The translations under genes were made by a program, and so were the position numbers. A DNA stretch of 64,000 bases from Hyphomicrobiaceae bacterium (lineage in GTDB: Bacteria > Pseudomonadota > Alphaproteobacteria > Rhizobiales > Hyphomicrobiaceae). Under the pieces are notes generated by a model that made no database searches, was not told the origin of the DNA, and worked only from the letters and a program-made list of their open reading frames with translations. Shown here piece by piece: positions 58,236-64,000 of this stretch (its first letter is position 1; each line of letters starts with the position of its first letter). Location: the NCBI GenBank assembly GCA_965247245.1, contig CBDFGV010000003.1, positions 3,218,609 to 3,282,608 on the forward strand. Direction: 5' to 3'.

Positions 58236-59771
58236 TTGATGAGCATTCGCTCAATCCAAAAAATATTGATCTTGGTGTTCGTGGTTGCAGGGCACGCCTA
58301 TGCAGGTCCATCACCGCTACACGCAAATGACAAACAAAGATATCCGTGGCAGGTTGAGCTTGAGGATTGGAATGCCGTTAAGCGCAGTCGTGATCCAGCG
58401 CTGCTCCGTGCATACCTCCAGCGATATCCAAGCGGCACATTTGCAGCGCTTGCCAAGGCACTGTTGCAACGGCTGGAACCTAACGCTCCTGAGCCCGATA
58501 CCCCCAGGATTGAACCACCCGCACCATCACTCGCTGAAAGACCCGCCACCATGACCAAGGCAGATGATGGACGAAAGTGGATCACCGGCGCCGAACGTCT
58601 TAGGCAGAATGATTTCAAGGAGCTTAGAGGCGGACGGGTTGGGTTGATCACCAACCATACCGGCTTGTTGCGTGAGGGCCCGGGTGGCAACAGCAGACAT
58701 TTGGTTGATGTCCTTCATGCAGCACAAGGTGTTCGGCTGACAGCCATCTTCGTCCCTGAACATGGCTTCCGAGGTACGGTCGAAGCTGGAAAGTCAGTCC
58801 GCAACCAGATCGATGACAGGACAGGACTGCCAATTCGCAGCCTTTACGGAAAGACCCGCAAGCCGTCACGGAAAATGCTCGCGGATATCGACCTGCTCGT
58901 CTTTGACATTCAAGACATCGGTGTCCGGTTTTACACCTACATTTCAACCATGGGGCTGGCGATGCAGGCCGCGGCGGAAGCCGGCATCCCGTTCCACGTG
59001 CTCGATCGGCCGAACCCACTTGGTGGAGATTATGTTTCGGGTTTCATGCTGGACCCAAGCGAGCGTTCATTTGTTGGACAGTTCGAAATCCCAATTGCCC
59101 ACGGCATGACAATCGGGGAACTCGCCCTCATGATAAAGGGCGAGCAACTGTTGCCAAGGCTGGCAAACCTCCAACTCAGCGTTGGACAAATGCAGGGCTG
59201 GCGTCGATCCATGCGATGGCAACCGGACGAGCCCTGGCTTCCAACCAGCCCGAACATTAACTCATTTGACGCCGCACTCCTCTACCCTGGAACCGGATTG
59301 TTCGAAGCAACGGCTATCAATGAAGGGCGCGGCACCCAGATACCTTTCACCGTTGTTGGCGCAGAATGGATTTCCAGCCGAACAGTGGTATCCCGACTAA
59401 ACAAACTCGAACTACCTGGTGTCGAATTCCAAGTGACCCGGTATGTCCCAAAGTCCATCAAGAGCATGGCGGCACGTCCTCGCCTTATGGGACGCACACT
59501 CAACGGTGTGAAGATTCTGATCACCGATCATGACCGTGTCGAGCCGGTGGAACTGGGCGTAACGCTATTGAGCGAGCTGCGCCGAGAAGCGCGTCGCCGC
59601 GGCGGCAAGAGATTGTTTTCGAAGCCAAGATGGCTTGGAAGAATGGCCGGAACACAGCGCCTTTATCAGCAATTGCGGCAAGGCAAGAGCGGACAGCAGA
59701 TCATTGCTTCATGGCAAGATGAAGTGGCTGCCTTCAAGCAGCGCCGTGCGAAGTATCTGCTCTATCGTTAG
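58236..59771 (+). CDS. DUF1343 domain protein (NamZ/exo-beta-N-acetylmuramidase-like), signal peptide
   Basis: Signal peptide (MMSIRSIQKILILVFVVAGHAYA) and DUF1343 blocks (GRVGLITNHTG..., VFDIQDIGVRFYTYIST, HVLDRPNPLGG). Confidence 0.8.
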   Translation: MMSIRSIQKILILVFVVAGHAYAGPSPLHANDKQRYPWQVELEDWNAVKRSRDPALLRAYLQRYPSGTFAALAKALLQRLEPNAPEPDTPRIEPPAPSLAERPATMTKADDGRKWITGAERLRQNDFKELRGGRVGLITNHTGLLREGPGGNSRHLVDVLHAAQGVRLTAIFVPEHGFRGTVEAGKSVRNQIDDRTGLPIRSLYGKTRKPSRKMLADIDLLVFDIQDIGVRFYTYISTMGLAMQAAAEAGIPFHVLDRPNPLGGDYVSGFMLDPSERSFVGQFEIPIAHGMTIGELALMIKGEQLLPRLANLQLSVGQMQGWRRSMRWQPDEPWLPTSPNINSFDAALLYPGTGLFEATAINEGRGTQIPFTVVGAEWISSRTVVSRLNKLELPGVEFQVTRYVPKSIKSMAARPRLMGRTLNGVKILITDHDRVEPVELGVTLLSELRREARRRGGKRLFSKPRWLGRMAGTQRLYQQLRQGKSGQQIIASWQDEVAAFKQRRAKYLLYR

Positions 59772-59826
59772 TATCGATGAAGGCTTTTCCGCTGCGTCTG
59801 GTCTACGCGAGCCGACCGTTGCCTGC

Positions 59827-60567
59827 CTATTCCACCATTGCCACCTCAACCAATCGCTCCAGGTGGCTGACATCTCGCACAACGAGCGAGCCACCGGTCC
59901 GTTCAATCACCCCATTCCTCGCGAGTTGATTGAGCTCGCGCGCGACCGCTTCACGATGCGTGCTAATGCGACGCGCAATCTGTACGTGGGTCGGAGGATT
60001 AACGACAACCACCGTGTTCTCAACCCCACCTTGACTACGGACAAGACGCAGCAGCTCCGCATGCACTCTTTGTTTAACCGTGGGCGTGCTGAATTCGAAC
60101 ACCCTGGCTGTCAAGCGACTCAACTGCCCCTCAAGGTGTTGAATGAACTCTCTGTTGAGAACCAGATTACTCTCAACAAGCTCCAGGAACTTGGCACTTG
60201 GCAATTTGGCAACGACACTGTCTTGAGCTGCCTCCACCCTCGCCGTGCGACCAAGCCGGCCCAACGCTTCATGTTCGCCGAAGCAATCTCCTGGTCTCAG
60301 TTCTCGCAATTCAACCGCCCGCCCACCGGCTGAGTAGACAACAACATGCGCCCGCCCTTCGGTCAGAAAACAAGCGCTGTCCTCTTCATCCAGAAAGTTC
60401 ACGATTGCCGTCCCAGCAGAATAAGATGACCAGCTACAATCCCTTTCAACGACCGCAAGCGCCTCTGGTTCGAGAGACTTAAACAAGTCAATCAGACGCA
60501 ACGAATGAGAACGGGTTTGCGCCACTCTTCCTCTGCCGAATGAGCTGATAATATTTGCACCGCGCAC
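59827..60567 (-). CDS. Crp/Fnr-family transcriptional regulator
   Basis: cNMP-binding-like beta-roll (RPGDCFGEHEALG) plus a C-terminal HTH (THVQIARRISTHREAVARELNQLARNGVI). Confidence 0.8.
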   Translation of the reverse strand: MRGANIISSFGRGRVAQTRSHSLRLIDLFKSLEPEALAVVERDCSWSSYSAGTAIVNFLDEEDSACFLTEGRAHVVVYSAGGRAVELRELRPGDCFGEHEALGRLGRTARVEAAQDSVVAKLPSAKFLELVESNLVLNREFIQHLEGQLSRLTARVFEFSTPTVKQRVHAELLRLVRSQGGVENTVVVVNPPTHVQIARRISTHREAVARELNQLARNGVIERTGGSLVVRDVSHLERLVEVAMVE

Positions 60568-60845
60568 TGCTCACAGCACTGCAAGAGTTGTGGTGCTCAT
60601 TGCGATCAATCTTAGCATTAAACAGCATACATATCAAATTAATCCGCACAGAAACAATTCTGCACTGACACTTAGCATTTGTCCGCGCTAGTTTAACCAG
60701 CGGGCCTACTCAAGCGGAAAGCAGTGCGAAGTATCCGAATCTCATAAGCGGGAAACAGAACACGACGATAGGAAGCACGAGCGCGCGAGTTCACGCGTCT
60801 TCTGCAAGTTTTCTAAAATTGGAAAAAATCAATTCACTGAAGCCT

Positions 60846-60875
60846 TGTCGCCCTCATGGGGGCGACAAGCTTAGT
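60846..60875. terminator. Perfect 10-bp inverted repeat (CTTGTCGCCC-TCATG-GGGCGACAAG) immediately downstream of the emrA-like gene; candidate terminator
   Basis: Lies 15 nt past the stop at 60890 on the minus strand. T-rich sequence follows on the plus strand and an A-rich tract precedes it, so it could act bidirectionally. Confidence 0.4.
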
Positions 60876-60889
60876 TGTGCGAGGACCGG

Positions 60890-61963
60890 CTACTGTGCCG
60901 TCGTCGCGTCAGCTTTAGCAGTTGAGAAGGCGCTGAATATTCCGAGCAGATGACTAAGCTTACGCTCGCGCTGCGTATCAACACTCACGGTAGCTGTCAT
61001 TCCAGCTCGCAGTGGCAGCTCCCCAGAGCGTGGCTTAAGGTAGATCTTGACTGGCAAACGCTGAACGACTTTGACCCAATTACCCGATGCATTCTGCGGT
61101 GGAAGCAATGCAAACTCTGCACCTGTCGCCGGACTGATGCTGGCAACTTCACCTTCCCATTCCACACCAGGGTAGATGTCGAGCACGACTTTGGCCTTCA
61201 TCAGACGGCGAACGTGTGTCAGTTCCGTCTCCTTGAAGTTCGCTTCGACCCAAGGCCGCGAGTCGACCACCAGTGCAAACAATGGCTTGTCTGGCTCGAC
61301 AAACTCACCAGGCTGCAGTTTCAGGTTCACGGCGGTTCCGCCAACTGGCGCCACGATCGTCGTTCGACGGAGATCAAGCTCTGCCTGTTTAACGGCGGCT
61401 ATCTTCTCACGCACCTCAGGATGTTCATCAATTTCGGCATTTGTATCACCGCCCAGCTGCGCGAGCATGCGACCGACCTTGCTCTTCATCACCGAAACGC
61501 GGTTGCGTGCCTGAAGCACACTGTCTTCTGTTTCCTCTAGCCGGGACGATGAGACGATCTTTCGCGCAGCAAGCTTTTTGTTTCTTTCAAGCTGGGCTTC
61601 CTGATACTGAATGCGGCCTTCAGCTTCCTTTAACTCGCTCTGTGCCTCGCGCCAGCTAGCGATCAGTGTCGCGACTCTGTGCCGTGTAATATCAACATCT
61701 GCTTTTGCTTTGGCCAGGGCGATCTGAAATGGCTCATCATCGAGGATGACCAGAACCTCGCCCTTTTGAACGCGCGTATGATCATCAATCACGACCCGCT
61801 TAACACGTCCGGTCACCTCGGCAGAAACACGTGCAATGTCGGCTTTCACATAGGCATTCTCGGTCGTGATATAGCGCCCACCCCAAAGCCAGAACATGAT
61901 TGCGCCAACAACCGCCAGACACGGCACAACGATTAGCAGCACAGGTCGTACGAAACTATTCAT
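60890..61963 (-). CDS. emrA: HlyD-family multidrug efflux membrane fusion protein (EmrA-like)
   Basis: N-terminal TM, biotinyl/lipoyl-like hairpin (VKADIARVSAEVTGRVKRVVIDDHTRVQKGEVLVILD), coiled-coil and beta-barrel domains. Confidence 0.85.
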   Translation of the reverse strand: MNSFVRPVLLIVVPCLAVVGAIMFWLWGGRYITTENAYVKADIARVSAEVTGRVKRVVIDDHTRVQKGEVLVILDDEPFQIALAKAKADVDITRHRVATLIASWREAQSELKEAEGRIQYQEAQLERNKKLAARKIVSSSRLEETEDSVLQARNRVSVMKSKVGRMLAQLGGDTNAEIDEHPEVREKIAAVKQAELDLRRTTIVAPVGGTAVNLKLQPGEFVEPDKPLFALVVDSRPWVEANFKETELTHVRRLMKAKVVLDIYPGVEWEGEVASISPATGAEFALLPPQNASGNWVKVVQRLPVKIYLKPRSGELPLRAGMTATVSVDTQRERKLSHLLGIFSAFSTAKADATTAQ

Positions 61964-61969
61964 CAGACT

Positions 61970-62482
61970 CTACCTCGAGTTCGCCAGCTCAAGAGCAGGC
62001 GCCTTTTCCGGTAAGCTCTCTTGGACATCGTCCAGAGCTGGATCATCTTCTGCGAGTTGCAGCAGCTGCTGCTTCACGCGTCTCATTAGTTTTGAAAGCG
62101 TTCGGCGCTCCGTCGTGCTCAAATCCTGGAGTGCCGCATCTACTGTCCCCTCAGCGATAGGCCAGATCAGCGCATGTAGTCGCTCGGCTTCCTTGGTCAG
62201 ATGCATGCGATTGATTCGGCGATCATTGGGGTCTGCTCGTCGCTCCAACCAGCCTTTCGCTTCCATCCGGTCTATCAATCGACCGGCGGTCGCCTTTTCG
62301 ATCTCAAGAAGGTCCGAGATCTCCGTCTGGCTCAGTCCCGGATGGCGATGGACCCGTGCAATAACAACCCACTGCGCACGCGTCAGACCAAGAGTTCGGA
62401 CCCGTCTTTCAAAGACGGTCCGAAGCAGTCTTGCGACATCGGTCATCGTGTAACCGATATAATGTTCGTCATCAGGTGACAT
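61970..62482 (-). CDS. MarR-family transcriptional regulator
   Basis: Winged-HTH (LTRAQWVVIARVHRHPGLSQTEISDLLEIEKATAGRLIDRMEAKGWLERRADPNDRR). 7-nt spacing to the emrA-like start. Confidence 0.8.
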   Translation of the reverse strand: MSPDDEHYIGYTMTDVARLLRTVFERRVRTLGLTRAQWVVIARVHRHPGLSQTEISDLLEIEKATAGRLIDRMEAKGWLERRADPNDRRINRMHLTKEAERLHALIWPIAEGTVDAALQDLSTTERRTLSKLMRRVKQQLLQLAEDDPALDDVQESLPEKAPALELANSR

Positions 62483-62723
62483 CGAGACCTGCGTGATTGA
62501 AGGTATTCCTTGGTGACCTTTAAGCCGGTCACGAACGGCTATCTGTACACCAATCTACACTACAGCGTGAGATAGTAACCTATATTACTATATCCTACGT
62601 TAAGGTCGTCAAGGTTAAAATTTTTGTGAGCTTTGTAGATTTCCGGACGCAAAGTGCCGCACTCATTCCTGGAGCCTTTGATTCTGGTTTAAGAACGCTC
62701 GGCAATTGAAATGCGAGCAGCCA

Positions 62724-64000
62724 GTGGCCCAGCAAAACGCCTCTCCGAGTGCGACGTCCGACGACGATGCTGTCTATGATTTGTCACCGACGAGGCGCTT
62801 GCTGGTGCTGCTGGTCGTCATGAGCGCGACCACGGCGTATTCTTCATCAGTCCTCGTCTCCTCAGCATTGCTTCCCAAATTACAGGGCGCCTTCGGCGCT
62901 ACACAGGATGAAGTCTCCTGGACCATGACGTTCAACATCGTGGCGACCGCTGTCGTTACGCCGATGAGCGGCTGGCTCGCCGAACGCTTCGGGCGACGCT
63001 CCACCATGGTCTGGTGTGCGTTTATCTTCGCGGCATCAACATTCTTCTGCGGTGCCTCAACATCCCTTAACGAGCTGATCTTCTGGCGCATCGTGCAGGG
63101 TGCCGCCGGTGCCCCGCTCGTACCGCTCAGCCAGGCCATTCTTCTGGATTCCTATCCCAGGCGTCAGCACAACTTTGTCATCGCGATCTTCGGCATGGCA
63201 AACATGATCGGACCGTCCGTCGGCCCGACGTTGGCTGGTGAAGTCTCTGAAGCCTTTGGGTGGCGGTGGGGCTTCTGGATGATGGTGCCGATTGCAGTCA
63301 TTGCATTTATTGGTTGCCGTCTCGTCATCCCTCGCCGCGGTGAACGCGGTCAGGCCAAACTCGATTGGAGCGGGTTCCTAACTCTCTCGATCGCCATAGC
63401 CTGCATCCAGCTTATGTTCTCCCGCGGCCAGCGTCTGGACTGGTTTGAAAGTACCGAGATCGTAGCAGCAGCCTTCCTGGCGGGCGTCGCTTTCTACATG
63501 TTCCTTGCTCACAGTCTGACGGCAAAGAACCCGTTCATCAGATTGTCCTTGTTTAAGGATCGCAACTACTCGCTCGGCATGCTGCTCGTCTTTATGTTCG
63601 GGATGCTCAACTTTGCACCTGTCGTCCTGCTCCCACCACTGCTGCAGAACCATGCCGGATATCCTGACACTGCCATTGGCATATTCATCGGCTGGCGCGG
63701 CTTCGGCACTTTGATCGGCTTCTTCGTCGCCCTATTGACGGCTAGGGTGGACCCGCGCGCCATGATGATGGTTGGCTTCTTTCTGCAAGCCTACGGTGGC
63801 TATCAGATGATGCAGTTCGACCTGAACATCGGAGAAACTCAATTGGCCCTTTGGTCAATGGTCCAGGGCGCAGGGATCGGTGTGACCTGGGTGCCAATGA
63901 CGATCGTGACCTTCTACACATTGCGCCCCGAACTCCGCGACGAAGCGATGTCGATGTACCATCTGTTGCGCAACTTCGGTTCCAGCCTCTTCATATCTAT
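62724..64000 (+). CDS. emrB: MFS transporter, DHA2 (EmrB/QacA) family, 3'-partial
   Basis: Hand translation of the frame open from 62682 to the window end gives ...RLLVLLVVMSATTAYSSSVLVSSALLPKLQGAFGATQDEVSWTMTFNIVATAVVTPMSGWLAERFGRR...WRIVQGAAGAPLVPLSQAILLDSYP..., canonical DHA2 TM1-TM5 motifs. Start is GTG 62724 (or TTG 62706); first ATG is at 62820. Not in the ORF track because it runs off the window. Confidence 0.75.
   Translation, partial: MAQQNASPSATSDDDAVYDLSPTRRLLVLLVVMSATTAYSSSVLVSSALLPKLQGAFGATQDEVSWTMTFNIVATAVVTPMSGWLAERFGRRSTMVWCAFIFAASTFFCGASTSLNELIFWRIVQGAAGAPLVPLSQAILLDSYPRRQHNFVIAIFGMANMIGPSVGPTLAGEVSEAFGWRWGFWMMVPIAVIAFIGCRLVIPRRGERGQAKLDWSGFLTLSIAIACIQLMFSRGQRLDWFESTEIVAAAFLAGVAFYMFLAHSLTAKNPFIRLSLFKDRNYSLGMLLVFMFGMLNFAPVVLLPPLLQNHAGYPDTAIGIFIGWRGFGTLIGFFVALLTARVDPRAMMMVGFFLQAYGGYQMMQFDLNIGETQLALWSMVQGAGIGVTWVPMTIVTFYTLRPELRDEAMSMYHLLRNFGSSLFIS

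Noticed and set aside
62774-63139. 121-aa minus-strand ORF
   Set aside because: It is antisense to the clearly conserved TM1-TM5 region of the EmrB-type MFS gene.
1-64000. Search for CRISPR arrays, IS elements/transposases, integrases, rRNA genes
   Set aside because: No array of short direct repeats with spacers was seen. There are no DDE/serine recombinase-like ORFs, no terminal inverted repeats flanking a transposase, and no rRNA-like conserved stretches. The only repeat noted is the 2x10-nt tandem at 53040-53068.

Overview
This 64 kb window reads as chromosomal DNA from a roughly 58-60% GC alphaproteobacterium. The densely coding parts combine conserved housekeeping genes with catabolic and envelope clusters. 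ORF-track start codons include GTG/TTG. Several starts below were re-placed at the first plausible ATG by codon offset from the ORF coordinates.

Main contents, in order:
- A 5'-truncated LysR regulator, a CmcJ/NvfI-like hypothetical and htpG.
- An AT-rich island carrying an H-NS-family gene.
- The conserved rpmH-rnpA-yidC-engB cluster and argB. Between engB and argB sits an unusual gene for a Clp N-domain protein with a proline-rich linker and a C-terminal hydrophobic anchor.
- A DUF547 / DedA / FAD-disulfide-oxidoreductase triad, an orphan sensor kinase, a HIBADH-type dehydrogenase and threonine ammonia-lyase.
- A type I secretion locus. Its PrtD-type ABC exporter has an atypical ~200-aa N-terminal membrane extension. 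It is followed by an HlyD membrane-fusion protein, an ATP-grasp enzyme and an MFS transporter. A convergent RTX calcium-binding protein is the likely substrate.
- A luciferase-like oxidoreductase and two SPFH-domain proteins (HflC-like and slipin) flanking a small membrane protein.
- Two tandem tRNA-Pro(UGG)-like genes 1 nt apart, each with a structural irregularity, next to a ~600 nt non-coding gap.
- A CoA-ester catabolic cluster (acyl-CoA dehydrogenase, SDRs, CaiB-type CoA-transferase, two hotdog thioesterases, carboxyltransferase, hydrolase) that contains a Cys-type sulfatase.
- A phage-like ORF6N-domain protein between PPOX-class and luciferase-like oxidoreductase genes.
- A gamma-glutamyl-cycle pair (ggt and a fused HyuA-HyuB 5-oxoprolinase-type gene) with rpe between them.
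- An operon of an RHH-like protein, PspA, a YqiJ (NfeD-like) protein and flotillin YqiK, preceded by a tandem direct repeat.
- DUF1343 (NamZ-like), a Crp/Fnr regulator, and marR plus an EmrA-like gene divergent from a 3'-truncated EmrB-type MFS gene.

No CRISPR array, IS element or rRNA gene was seen.
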